This document shows, piece after piece, positions 18,443-27,420 of a stretch of 64,000 bases of DNA (position 1 is the first letter of the stretch; each line of letters starts with the position of its first letter). The position numbers and the translations under genes were made by a program. The DNA is taken from contig JADZFF010000102.1 of NCBI GenBank assembly GCA_020850015.1, positions 128 through 64,127 of the forward strand. The letters are read 5' to 3'. The notes below the pieces were generated by a model. It saw only the letters and a program-made list of their open reading frames with translations, did not search any database and was not told the DNA's origin. The stretch is from Bdellovibrionales bacterium (GTDB taxonomy: Bacteria; Bdellovibrionota; UBA1018; JADZFF01).

Positions 18443-18852
18443 GTCGCGTTCTTCGGGGATGGGTGGGGCCGGGCCTCCACGCGTTCGCTGCCCGTGAGCG
18501 CGTGTTCCAACGTCTTCAGGACATCATCCTTCGTGAAAGGCTTCAGGATGTAATCTTTGGCGCCGGCGTTGATCGCTTCCATCACCAGGTTTTCCTGGCC
18601 CATGGCGGAGATGATCACCACCTTGGCCTCCTTATCGAGCTTCATGATCCGGCGGGTGGCCTCGATTCCGCTGAGCTTCGGCATCACCACGTCCATGGTC
18701 ACCAGATCGGGCTGGAGCTGGCGGTAAAGCTCCACGGCGTGCAGGCCGTCCTCCGCCTCGCCCACCACCTGATAGTGACCCTCGGAGAGGATCTGGGTGA
18801 GCGTGCGCCGCACGAAGGCCACGTCATCAACAATGAGGACAGTACGAGCCAT
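18439..18852 (-). CDS. cheY: Single-domain CheY-like response regulator
   Basis: VLIVDDVAFVR...DLVTMDVVMPKLSG...VIISAMG...DYILKPF, so all receiver signature residues are present. A GGAGGG RBS precedes the ATG at 18852. Confidence 0.85.
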   Translation of the reverse strand: MARTVLIVDDVAFVRRTLTQILSEGHYQVVGEAEDGLHAVELYRQLQPDLVTMDVVMPKLSGIEATRRIMKLDKEAKVVIISAMGQENLVMEAINAGAKDYILKPFTKDDVLKTLEHALTGSERVEARPHPSPKNAT

Positions 18853-18929
18853 CCCTAGCCCTCCAGGTGAATAGTGTACTGGGAAGACCCGGAAGGGCAA
18901 AGGGGGGACGGCGAATTGACGGCGGCCCC

Positions 18930-21413
18930 CTAGGCCGCTCTGCCCCGGCGCAGGCCCGGACTGGCCGGCGCTGCGGCGATCTCACCCGAGGCCGCCGAGG
19001 GCATGCGTTTCCCGGTCTGGCGGGTGCTTCCGCCCGAGGCCTTGCCCGTGGATCGCGGCATGGTCTTGATCTTCTTCACCAGGACGAAGTCGAGCACCTC
19101 GTCGATGGTTTTCACCGGGATGAAATTCAGCTTCTCGCGGTACTCCTCGGGAATGTCCTCGAGGTCCTTCTTGTTCTTGTCCGGGATGATGATGTTGGTC
19201 ACCCCATGGCGCATGGCCGCGAGGGCCTTGTCCTTCAGGCCGCCGATCGGAAGCACGCGCCCCGTGAGGGTGATCTCGCCCGTCATCGCCACGTCCTTGC
19301 GGACCGGGATCCCCGTGAGCCGCGAGATGATCGCGGTGGCCATGGTGATGCCGGCGGAAGGCCCGTCTTTCGGCACCGCCCCCGCGGGGAAGTGCACGTG
19401 GATGTCGGTCTTGGCGAACACGTCCTCGGAGAGCCCGAAGTCCCGGGCGCGCCACCGGATGAGCCCCAGCGCCGCCTGTCCGGATTCCTTCATCACGTCG
19501 CCGAGCTGGCCCGTGAGCATGATCCCGCCGCGGCCGCGCATCGTGGTCGCTTCCACGTAGAGGATCTCGCCGCCCACGGAGGTCCAGGCCAGGCCGGTGG
19601 CGATCCCCACCTCGTCCTTTTCCTGCTCGTCCTCGCGGGTGTAAGGCGCCGGTCCGAGGAATTTGTAGACGGCCTCCCGGTCCACGATAGTCTCGTCCTT
19701 CTTGCCCTCGGCCACCTGGCGGGCGGTCTTCCGGCAAAGGGTGGCCACGTAGCGCTCCAGGTTCCGCAGCCCGGCTTCCCGGGTGTATTGCGAGATCACG
19801 GTGCGGATGGCCTCTTCGGTCAGGTCGATCTGCTCGTCCTTCAGGCCGTTTTCCTTGATCTGCTTCGGGATCAGGTACTTGTTCGCGATGAAGAACTTCT
19901 CCTCCTCGGTGTACCCCGAGAGCTGGATGATCTCCATGCGGTCGCGAAGCGGGCCAGGAATCGTGTCGAGCGAGTTGCAGGTGGCGATGAACATCACGTT
20001 CGACAGATCGAACGGCACGTTCAGGTAGTGGTCGCGGAAGCTGTAGTTCTGCTCCGGGTCGAGCACCTCGAGGAGCGCCGCCGATGGATCGCCGCGGAAG
20101 TCACTGCCGAGCTTGTCGATCTCGTCGAGGACGAAGATCGGGTTGTTCGTCTTCGCCTGCTTCAGGCCCTGGATCACGCGGCCCGGGAGCGCGCCCACGT
20201 AGGTGCGCCGATGGCCGCGGATCTCGGCCTCGTCCTTCACGCCGCCCAGGGAAATCCGCACGAACTGGCGGCCCAGGGCGCGGGCGATTGACTTTCCGAG
20301 CGAGGTCTTGCCGACCCCGGGGGGGCCCGCGAAACACAGGATCGGGCCCTTCATCTTGTCTTTCAGCTTGCGGACCGCGAGATACTCGAGAATCCGTTCC
20401 TTGATCTTGGCCAGGTTGTAGTGATCCTCGTCGAGGATCGCCTTCGCGCGGGCCAGGTCCAGGTTGTCCTTCGTGGTCTTCGACCACGGCGTGTCCACGA
20501 GCCACTCGATGTAGGTGCGGAGCATGGAGGCCTCGGAGGCCTCAGGGTGCATGCGCTCAAGCCGGTTGAGCTGCTTGATCGCCTCCTGCTCCACCTCGGG
20601 CGGCATCTTTTGTGACGAGATCTTCTCGCGAAGCTCCTCGATCTCCTCGCCCTTGGGGTCCGAGTCGCCGAGCTCTGACTTTATTGCCCTGATCTGCTCC
20701 CGGAGGAAGTATTCCTTCTGGGACTTGCTCATCTCATCCTTGGCCTGCGAGCGGATCTTGGCCTGAATGGTCAGGACCTCGATCTCGCGGGTGAGGATGT
20801 CGTGGATTTTCTGAAGGCGCTCCGCCGGATTGTAGGTCTCGAGGAGGTTCTGCGCCTCGCTGACCTTCAGGCCGAGGTTCGAGGCCACGAGGTCGGACAT
20901 GCGGCCCGGCGAGCTGATGTCGTCGAGCACCATGAGGATATCGGGCGAAAGCACCTTGCCGAGCGAGATCACCTTTTCGAGCTTCTCGCGGATGGTGCGC
21001 ATGAGCGCTTCCGTCTCGGAGATCTGGCCGTCGCCGGGATCCTCAACCTTGTCCACGGCGACCTGGAAATAGGGATCCGTCTGAGAGAATTCCTTGATCT
21101 TGGCCTTGCAGAGGCCCTGCGTGAGGATCTTGATGCGGCCGTCGGGCAGCTTGCGCATGCGCATGATCATCGCGACGGTGCCGACCTCGTAGATTCCCTC
21201 GGAGGAGGGATGCTCGTCGGCGATGTCCTTCTGCGAAGCCAGGAAGATGAGCCGGTCGGTCTTCGCGAGAGCCTCCTCCACGCTCCGGATCGAAGCATCC
21301 CGGCCCACGAAGAGCGGGATGATCATGTACGGGAACACAACGATGTCCCGCACAGGCAATAGAGGTAGGGTTTTTGGAATCTCGATCTGCTCGCCGTCGT
21401 AGTTGGTCACCAT
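18930..21413 (-). CDS. lon: ATP-dependent Lon protease
   Basis: LON N-domain ([23 protein letters not shown]), Walker [14 protein letters not shown] and catalytic [11 protein letters not shown]. It has a basic ~45-aa C-terminal tail. The ORF stays open to 21473. Confidence 0.95.
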   Translation of the reverse strand: MVTNYDGEQIEIPKTLPLLPVRDIVVFPYMIIPLFVGRDASIRSVEEALAKTDRLIFLASQKDIADEHPSSEGIYEVGTVAMIMRMRKLPDGRIKILTQGLCKAKIKEFSQTDPYFQVAVDKVEDPGDGQISETEALMRTIREKLEKVISLGKVLSPDILMVLDDISSPGRMSDLVASNLGLKVSEAQNLLETYNPAERLQKIHDILTREIEVLTIQAKIRSQAKDEMSKSQKEYFLREQIRAIKSELGDSDPKGEEIEELREKISSQKMPPEVEQEAIKQLNRLERMHPEASEASMLRTYIEWLVDTPWSKTTKDNLDLARAKAILDEDHYNLAKIKERILEYLAVRKLKDKMKGPILCFAGPPGVGKTSLGKSIARALGRQFVRISLGGVKDEAEIRGHRRTYVGALPGRVIQGLKQAKTNNPIFVLDEIDKLGSDFRGDPSAALLEVLDPEQNYSFRDHYLNVPFDLSNVMFIATCNSLDTIPGPLRDRMEIIQLSGYTEEEKFFIANKYLIPKQIKENGLKDEQIDLTEEAIRTVISQYTREAGLRNLERYVATLCRKTARQVAEGKKDETIVDREAVYKFLGPAPYTREDEQEKDEVGIATGLAWTSVGGEILYVEATTMRGRGGIMLTGQLGDVMKESGQAALGLIRWRARDFGLSEDVFAKTDIHVHFPAGAVPKDGPSAGITMATAIISRLTGIPVRKDVAMTGEITLTGRVLPIGGLKDKALAAMRHGVTNIIIPDKNKKDLEDIPEEYREKLNFIPVKTIDEVLDFVLVKKIKTMPRSTGKASGGSTRQTGKRMPSAASGEIAAAPASPGLRRGRAA

Positions 21414-21582
21414 GTTTCCCCGCGCCCTCCGGTGGTCATGCACCGGTGTAGTCTCTGAGAAACGGATCGACACTTCGGGGGGGGCCCTTTAGGAGAGATC
21501 TGCCGATCTCGCGAAAGGATTGATCCTCACAAACCTCTGAAAATAGGGGAAAAACAAGGGATTGACGCAAAGACTCAGCGCA

Positions 21583-22266
21583 CTAAGCGAGGTGAGCGAC
21601 GGCCCATTGACGGCCTTCGCCCGGTTTGTAGCGGTGGCTAAAGAAGGCAGGCGGACCTTCCGAGCCCGATCCCTCGCGGGAGCAACGCGTGCAGAGCTCG
21701 ATCGTTTCCACCTGCGAGAACCCCAGCTCCCGCAGCTGAAGGGCATTCACCTGCTGGAGATCGAGGAAGCGCTCGTTCGTCAGGAAACTGGCGGCCCCCT
21801 TCCGGGTGAATCGCTCCCGAAACTGGACCGCGAGCTCGGGGCTCACCTCATAGCAGCAGCCTCGGATGCTCGGCCCGATGGCCACCTTCCAGTGGCCAGG
21901 CTCCGCGCCGTGGGGCCTGAGCGCCTTCCACATGGCGCCTACGATCCCCGCGTAGGTGCCTTTCCAGCCCGCATGCACCGCCGCGACGGCGCCGCCGTCC
22001 TCGCGCGCAAAGAGCAGAGGCACGCAGTCGGCGGTCTGCACGGCGACGGGAAGCTGTCGCGCCAGGGTGAAAATCCCGTCGCAGTCGCCCAGATCCTGGC
22101 CGGGCGCAATAGCTTCCGCAACTTCGGCGCCGTGGACTTGGCGCCACCTCGGGCGCTTCGGTTCCCAGAGCGGCGCCGAGCCGCGCGGAACAGGTTCAGC
22201 GCGCGTTCCGAAGCCGTGGATCAGGCCCGGAACCTCGGAGAGCAGCCGACTCTGGATAGCTTCCAT
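21583..22266 (-). CDS. pgeF: Peptidoglycan editing factor PgeF / YfiH (DUF152, laccase-domain) family
   Basis: GFGTR...QVHG...DG......QTADCVPLL......AAVHAGWKG, then GPSIRGCCYEV, the typical YfiH motifs. Confidence 0.85.
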   Translation of the reverse strand: MEAIQSRLLSEVPGLIHGFGTRAEPVPRGSAPLWEPKRPRWRQVHGAEVAEAIAPGQDLGDCDGIFTLARQLPVAVQTADCVPLLFAREDGGAVAAVHAGWKGTYAGIVGAMWKALRPHGAEPGHWKVAIGPSIRGCCYEVSPELAVQFRERFTRKGAASFLTNERFLDLQQVNALQLRELGFSQVETIELCTRCSREGSGSEGPPAFFSHRYKPGEGRQWAVAHLA

Positions 22267-22281
22267 CTCGTTCTCGGTCCC

Positions 22282-23334
22282 TCAGGGAAGGGCATACCGT
22301 TTCAAAGCCTCGCGGAGCAAGCGGAAGGCGTCGGGCTCAGGCGCTTCGACGCGAACCCGCGCACCGGTAACCGGGTGCAGAAAGCCGAGCACGCGCGCGT
22401 GGAGAGCCTGCCCGGGGAGCGAAAGTACCCGCTCGCGGACCTCCTCCGGGAGCGCGAGCCACTTGGCCGCGCGATCAGTCGGGTGGCCGTAGGCTGGATC
22501 CCCGAGCAGGGAGTGTCCTTCCGAAGTGAGATGCACGCGAACCTGATGGGTGCGCCCCGTCTCGAGCCGCGCTCGCACCCAGGCGGCGAACGGGGCAGCC
22601 CGGCCTCCGGGAGAGCCGTATCTCGCCTCCACAGCGGCATGGGTGATGGCCATCCTTCCGCCCGGTACCCCCGCCGCCATTCGTTTTCGGTCGGCGGGAT
22701 TCCGGCCGATCGTGCCCTCGATTCTCTTCTCGCCCTTCCAGGAAGGCGCGCCGTACACGAGCGCCCAATATTCCCGGTCGATCTCATGCCTGGCGAAAAT
22801 CCTCGAAAGCCCGTGGTGGGCGCGGTCGGTCTTGGTGATCACGAGCGCGCCGCTCGTGTCCTTGTCGATCCGGTGGACGATGCCCGGGCGCTCCACGCCG
22901 CCGATGCCGCTCAGCCCCTTCACGTGATGGAGCAGGCGGTTCACCAGAGTGTCGCCCGTCTGGTGCTCAGTGGGGTGAACGGTCAGGCCAGGCGGCTTGT
23001 TCACGATCAGCAGCTCGGCATCCTCGTAGAGCACCGCTATCGGGAGATCCTCCGGCAGGATCGTCATGGGCCGAGGCGCCGGAATCGAGGCCCGGATCTC
23101 CGCGCCGGGGCGGAGCCGGTCGCCCGCCTTGAGCGCGGCTCCGGCCATGGTGATGCGGCCTTCCTTGATCAGGGCCTGCACGCGGCTTCGCGAGAGATCC
23201 GTGCCATCCGGGAGCGAGCCGCCCTCCCAGCGCCCCTGTCCCGAACGGATCGCCTCGTGCACGGCGACGTCGGCGCGCGCGGAAGCGGCTCCGTCCTTCG
23301 GCACGGTCCAGAGCCACACGGAATCGGCGCCCAA
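22282..23334 (-). CDS. rluD: 23S rRNA pseudouridine synthase, RluD/RluA family
   Basis: S4-like N-terminus (SRSRVQALIKEGRITMAG), the catalytic HRIDKDTSGALV, and the THQVRVHL motif. Confidence 0.9.
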   Translation of the reverse strand: MGADSVWLWTVPKDGAASARADVAVHEAIRSGQGRWEGGSLPDGTDLSRSRVQALIKEGRITMAGAALKAGDRLRPGAEIRASIPAPRPMTILPEDLPIAVLYEDAELLIVNKPPGLTVHPTEHQTGDTLVNRLLHHVKGLSGIGGVERPGIVHRIDKDTSGALVITKTDRAHHGLSRIFARHEIDREYWALVYGAPSWKGEKRIEGTIGRNPADRKRMAAGVPGGRMAITHAAVEARYGSPGGRAAPFAAWVRARLETGRTHQVRVHLTSEGHSLLGDPAYGHPTDRAAKWLALPEEVRERVLSLPGQALHARVLGFLHPVTGARVRVEAPEPDAFRLLREALKRYALP

Positions 23335-23338
23335 GGCC

Positions 23339-24190
23339 TCAGTCCTTGTCCGGGAGGGACGACCGGTACCGGGCCAGATAGGCCGTCGCCGCCCGCTCGT
23401 GGGGAATCCTCAGCTTCTTCGCGATCTGCACCACGAAGCCCCTGAGGTAAACGGGCGCGGGGAGCGAGGCATAGTCCTCGTCCTCAATGGCCCGGATGTA
23501 TTTCTTGGTGATCTTCGTATACTCGGAGAGCTCCTCTAGCGACAGACCCTGAAGCTCCCTCACCTTCCGGATCACGGGTCCGTGCCACTCGCTCTCGCCG
23601 TCGAGGATACGGCTGAGCTCGTCGCGCGATGGAGCCGTGGCGCCGGCGCCGGCATGCGCCACCCGCGGTTGAACCCCCGCAGCGGACGAAGGCACGGGTG
23701 CCGCGGACTCGTGAATCGCGCGGGCGGCCGCGCCCGCGGGAAGCACCTCAGCCATGGCCGCCTGGGGCACCGGGGCCAGGGCCGGCTGCGCGATCGGCTG
23801 TCCGCTGAAGTCCGTCCGGGGGGCGACGAGCGGGTCGCCTTCGTCGCCGGTGTCTTCCATGGGCGGCACCCGGTCGATGGAGATGATCTTCTGTTGTCCC
23901 GTGCCGAATCGGAAAGCGCTCGGCGCGAACTCCTGCCCGTCTTCCATCAGACGGTGGTTGCGGTCGTACTCCTTCCGCTTCTCTGGATTGGAGAGAACGT
24001 GGTAGGCCTGCTCGATGCGGCGGAGCATTCCCTCGGTCTCTTCCTTCGAGATCAAAGTGTAGAGCGCGACGCTGTCCCGGCTGTAAGCCGACTTCAGGCG
24101 CAGGTAGGCCTCGCGGATCTCCTGAGGCGAGGAGTCCGGGCTGACCTCCAGGACGTCGTAGTACGTCGAGTCATCATCTTCCAGAATCAT
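23339..24190 (-). CDS. J-like domain protein (HPD motif replaced) with C-terminal RodZ-type HTH
   Basis: YYDVLEVSPDSSPQEIREAYLRLKSAYSRDS, with SRD where HPD is expected, plus NPEKRKEYD. The C-terminus LSLEELSEYTKITKKYIRAIEDEDYASLPAPVYLRGFV resembles the RodZ HTH. The ATG is at 24190. Confidence 0.7.
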   Translation of the reverse strand: MILEDDDSTYYDVLEVSPDSSPQEIREAYLRLKSAYSRDSVALYTLISKEETEGMLRRIEQAYHVLSNPEKRKEYDRNHRLMEDGQEFAPSAFRFGTGQQKIISIDRVPPMEDTGDEGDPLVAPRTDFSGQPIAQPALAPVPQAAMAEVLPAGAAARAIHESAAPVPSSAAGVQPRVAHAGAGATAPSRDELSRILDGESEWHGPVIRKVRELQGLSLEELSEYTKITKKYIRAIEDEDYASLPAPVYLRGFVVQIAKKLRIPHERAATAYLARYRSSLPDKD

Positions 24191-24225
24191 GTTTTTCTCG
24201 TCCAGGCTCGGCCGGAGCGGGGATC

Positions 24226-25317
24226 TCAGATGAAGTTGTTCCTGAGATGCCCGTGCCGCTTCACCAGGTAATTGGAAATCCTCTCGATGCTGGATACGAG
24301 CCGCGAGTTCGGGAACTCCAGCATCAGCGGGCGCTTTCGCCGCACCGCCTGCCATACAGCGCTGTCGTAATCCAGGTAGCCGACGTAATCCATCTCGATT
24401 CCGAAGTATTTCTTGCAGACGCTTTTCACCGAGAAGCCGATGTCGACGTCCGTGTGCGTGCGGGCCTGGTTCACCACGAGCTTGGGGCGAAGTTTCTCGA
24501 TCTCGGCCTTCAGGTGCATCCCGGCTTCCGGGTTCGCTTTGTTCACCTCGCGGAAAAGGTCGGCAGGGGTGCGGATCCCGTGCTCGCCCTTGCCTCGCAT
24601 GGCGGCGTCGATCAGGTGCTGGACTTTCCGAAGCTTGGGCGAGAGCTTGAGGCGGCGGTAGTAGATGCTCTTGATGAATCGGTAGGCGTTCTCGATCGAC
24701 GTCGGCTCAGGGAGCAGCGTGATGATGCCGATGTCGGCGTAGATGAAGAAATCGAGTGTGTTGAAGTTGGTGCCGGCACCCAGATCGAAAACGACGTAGT
24801 CCGTGTCGAGCTCGCGGAGCTGTTGGAGGAGGCGGGTTTTCTGCTCAATGGGAAGGTTCGAGACACCGACCGCGTCCTGCGCCCCGCTGATGATGTCGAG
24901 ATTGGGCACTCCCGAGGGCGAAAGGCAGTCTCCCAGGCTAGCGATCTGCCCCGTGAGAAAGTCGCTGAGGGTGCGTTTCGGCGGTTCCACTCCGAGAGCC
25001 GTGTGCAGGTTCGCGGCGCCGAGGTCGAGGTCGATCGCGGCCACCTTGTTTCCCATGCGTGCGAGCGCGATGGCGAGGCTCGAGGCCACGAGGCTCTTGC
25101 CCACGCCGCCCTTTCCGCCTCCGATGGCCCATACTTGTTTCACGCGGCTGGTGCCGGGCACGGCCACGCGCTCGAAGGGATTTTCTTCGCGTCCTGAAGG
25201 CAGCGCCTCGGAGTCGGGTTCGGCAATCGGCGGATTGGGAAGTTCGCCGGGCGGAGTCAACCCGCTCGAGGATTCGTCGTCGCCACTGGAGGCTTCAGAA
25301 GAAGAAGAGTGAACCAC
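24226..25317 (-). CDS. ParA/MinD-family P-loop ATPase with acidic Ser-rich N-terminal extension
   Basis: Deviant Walker A GGGKGGVGKS, DLDLGAANLH and VVFDLGAG. GTG start with a GGAGG RBS. Confidence 0.85.
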   Translation of the reverse strand: MVHSSSSEASSGDDESSSGLTPPGELPNPPIAEPDSEALPSGREENPFERVAVPGTSRVKQVWAIGGGKGGVGKSLVASSLAIALARMGNKVAAIDLDLGAANLHTALGVEPPKRTLSDFLTGQIASLGDCLSPSGVPNLDIISGAQDAVGVSNLPIEQKTRLLQQLRELDTDYVVFDLGAGTNFNTLDFFIYADIGIITLLPEPTSIENAYRFIKSIYYRRLKLSPKLRKVQHLIDAAMRGKGEHGIRTPADLFREVNKANPEAGMHLKAEIEKLRPKLVVNQARTHTDVDIGFSVKSVCKKYFGIEMDYVGYLDYDSAVWQAVRRKRPLMLEFPNSRLVSSIERISNYLVKRHGHLRNNFI

Positions 25318-25604
25318 GGTCCTGCGCTGCCTCCATCCCTGGAAGGGGGACTCATCCCGGACGGCGTCCCGGCCGCATCATGCGACCGTCGCCTCTCTCC
25401 AGGATCGGGGTCGGCCAGACCCGTGTCAAGGTGCGAAGACTTCTACGCAGTCGGGTTCAGGCTTGGAAGGAAACTACCCACATCCACAGACTAATAAGGT
25501 CGGATACTAGAGAGGGGGATGAAAGTGCGTCCCTGCGCTCTGCACTAAGTGGTGGAGATCCTTGGTGGCTAGAAGCACCGTGCCAATTATTGCTGAATTT
25601 TGCC

Positions 25605-25620
25605 TGGCACTTCAATTGCT
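25605..25620 (+). promoter_or_regulatory. Sigma-54 promoter (-24/-12)
   Basis: TGGCAC-ttcaa-TTGCT, an exact consensus match 38 nt upstream of the ATG at 25658. An inverted repeat AGTGC-N13-GCACT lies at 25524-25546. Confidence 0.75.
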
Positions 25621-25657
25621 TAGCCCAATCCTTTCCGCAATCGGAGAGGACCGCCTC

Positions 25658-26368
25658 ATGAAGAGTTCGAGCGAAGCTGTTCGGCCGTATGTTTCTTCAG
25701 GCGCGGCGCGCGCGATGGCAACGGACGTTGTCTCCGCGGTGCGCCTCCGGCCTCGGCATGATCTGCACCTTCTGAGGAAGGCCTGGCACCTCGGGATGGG
25801 GCTTCTCATGGTGGGCATCTATCAGCACAGCATGTCGCGCGAGATGGCGGTGACGGTGTTGGGTTCGGTGCTCGCAGGATTCCTCATGATCGAGTCGGCC
25901 CGTCTTCGGATTCCGGCCCTGAATGCGGTCAGCATGCGGGTCTGGGGCCCTCTGATGCGCAAGGGCGAGGAAACACGGATGAGCGGCCTGCCCTATTACG
26001 TGGGCGCAACTCTTCTCGCGATCGCGATTTTCCCTAAGCCGGTCGCGGTTCTCTGCGTGATGTTCCTCGCCATCGGGGATCCGCTCGCCTCCCTCGTGGG
26101 CATTCTTTATGGCGATCGCGGACCCCGGTTCGCGAGCGGCAAGTCGCTCATCGGCACGGCGGCGGGTGTTGCCGCCTGCATCACCGTGGCGCTTCTTTTC
26201 CTGAATGGCCTCTCGATGGACGTCCTCACTTGGCTTACCGTCTCCGTGATCGGCGGCTTCGTGGGCGGCACGGTGGAACTTCTCCCCTTCGAGGTGGACG
26301 ACAATTTCTCGATTCCGGTCGTTTCCGGCTTCGTGCTTTGGCTCCTCTTCCTCCTGGCAGGGGTCTGA
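25658..26368 (+). CDS. Polytopic membrane protein of the dolichol/polyprenol (phytol) kinase - CdsA superfamily
   Basis: Multiple TM helices, plus FLAIGDPLASLVGILYG....F..GKSLIGTAAG, typical of COG0170-type CTP-dependent kinases. The ATG has a GGAGAGGA RBS. Confidence 0.6.
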   Translation: MKSSSEAVRPYVSSGAARAMATDVVSAVRLRPRHDLHLLRKAWHLGMGLLMVGIYQHSMSREMAVTVLGSVLAGFLMIESARLRIPALNAVSMRVWGPLMRKGEETRMSGLPYYVGATLLAIAIFPKPVAVLCVMFLAIGDPLASLVGILYGDRGPRFASGKSLIGTAAGVAACITVALLFLNGLSMDVLTWLTVSVIGGFVGGTVELLPFEVDDNFSIPVVSGFVLWLLFLLAGV

Positions 26369-26469
26369 TTCGCCTCACCAGACGGTAAAGTCTTCCTCGC
26401 CTGTCTAGGCTCTGAACAGGGGCCTTGCTTTAACTCATTGAATTCCCATCTTATTTTGCGGCCCCTGGG

Positions 26470-26485
26470 CGGCATGTAGCTTGCT
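26470..26485 (+). promoter_or_regulatory. Sigma-54-type promoter candidate
   Basis: cGGCAT-gtagc-TTGCT, with invariant GG and GC at the correct spacing, 66 nt upstream of the ATG at 26551. A CCTGT-N11-ACAGG inverted repeat lies at 26400-26420. Confidence 0.6.
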
Positions 26486-26550
26486 CAACCGGGGGTTGGG
26501 AGGCCTCCGTCCGGGGTCGTACCCGGCTTTCAGCTGGCTTTGGTGAAATT

Positions 26551-27420
26551 ATGAATAAAACCAGACACTTGCAGTTGTCGCGCTCCTGGGGCGGCCGGTT
26601 GACGGCCGGGGCCCTGGTTTGCGCGTTGCTGCAGGGGTCGGCCCTGGGGGCTCCGATCCGGTTCAGCCCTGATTGGAGCGCCGGAGCCGAGCAGGTTGCC
26701 CCGAACCAGAGCTTCCTGGATAACCTTTCCACTGGCCCCGCAGGGGCCTGGGATCCAGAAGCCATTCTCGACGCCCAATCGACCGAGAAGATCCGCCTTC
26801 AGTACGAAACCATGACCCGGACTCAGCGCCTGCGCGAGGACTACAGCCTCACGACTCCGATGGAGGAGCGCTCGCATATGTCCCGCATGGGCGACTTCAC
26901 CAGGCACGTGCTCAGGACGATCTTCCAGTATCACGTTCAGGATCGCGTGAAGCGCGCCGAGAGGAATTCGGCCGAGGTGCGCACCTTCCGCACGGTATCG
27001 CAGTCGATGGAAAAGATGACGGTGAAGGTGGACGAGGGGATCGAGTTCGGCACCCGCACGGACATTCCCAACCAGAAGGGAACGCTCTGGGCGCGTTCGC
27101 CGTATCTCGACGCCTCGTTCGACATGAACCTGGGATCGGCCTGGGCGGATCCCCTTCAGCAGAATCCCGACAAGGTGGATCCGCGTTCGGCGAACAACGA
27201 GCGTTTTCGCATTGCCGTTTCCCGCAGGCTTCCGGTGCTGGCCCTCCGCGCCGGAGTGACCTACGGGATCGACAGTACGCTGCTCACAGCCTCGCTTTCG
27301 CGAAGGCTGACCCCGAACCTCACCGCAGAAGTCTTGAACCGCCAGGGACTGAATCAGTCGCGCTCGGGCCTGACGGGGGCTGAGCAGGCGGTGAAAATGA
27401 ACTACGGGATCGCCTTCTGA
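26551..27420 (+). CDS. Secreted / outer-membrane hypothetical protein
   Basis: Signal peptide (ALLQGSALG/AP). The C-terminal half has alternating beta-like segments and ends ...MNYGIAF, an aromatic terminal residue typical of OMPs. Confidence 0.55.
   Translation: MNKTRHLQLSRSWGGRLTAGALVCALLQGSALGAPIRFSPDWSAGAEQVAPNQSFLDNLSTGPAGAWDPEAILDAQSTEKIRLQYETMTRTQRLREDYSLTTPMEERSHMSRMGDFTRHVLRTIFQYHVQDRVKRAERNSAEVRTFRTVSQSMEKMTVKVDEGIEFGTRTDIPNQKGTLWARSPYLDASFDMNLGSAWADPLQQNPDKVDPRSANNERFRIAVSRRLPVLALRAGVTYGIDSTLLTASLSRRLTPNLTAEVLNRQGLNQSRSGLTGAEQAVKMNYGIAF

Noticed and set aside
21477-21506. G8 tract and GAGATC-N4-GATCTC palindrome in the lon leader, considered as a heat-shock (sigma-32 or CIRCE) control element.
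   Set aside because: The sequence matches neither the CIRCE consensus nor a sigma-32 promoter with proper spacing. It is probably just leader structure.
18867-23445. Long plus-strand ORFs (18867-20291, 20802-21362, 21562-23445) opposite lon, pgeF and rluD.
   Set aside because: The minus-strand genes have unmistakable catalytic motifs. The plus-strand translations are Arg/Gly/His-rich with no recognisable domains.
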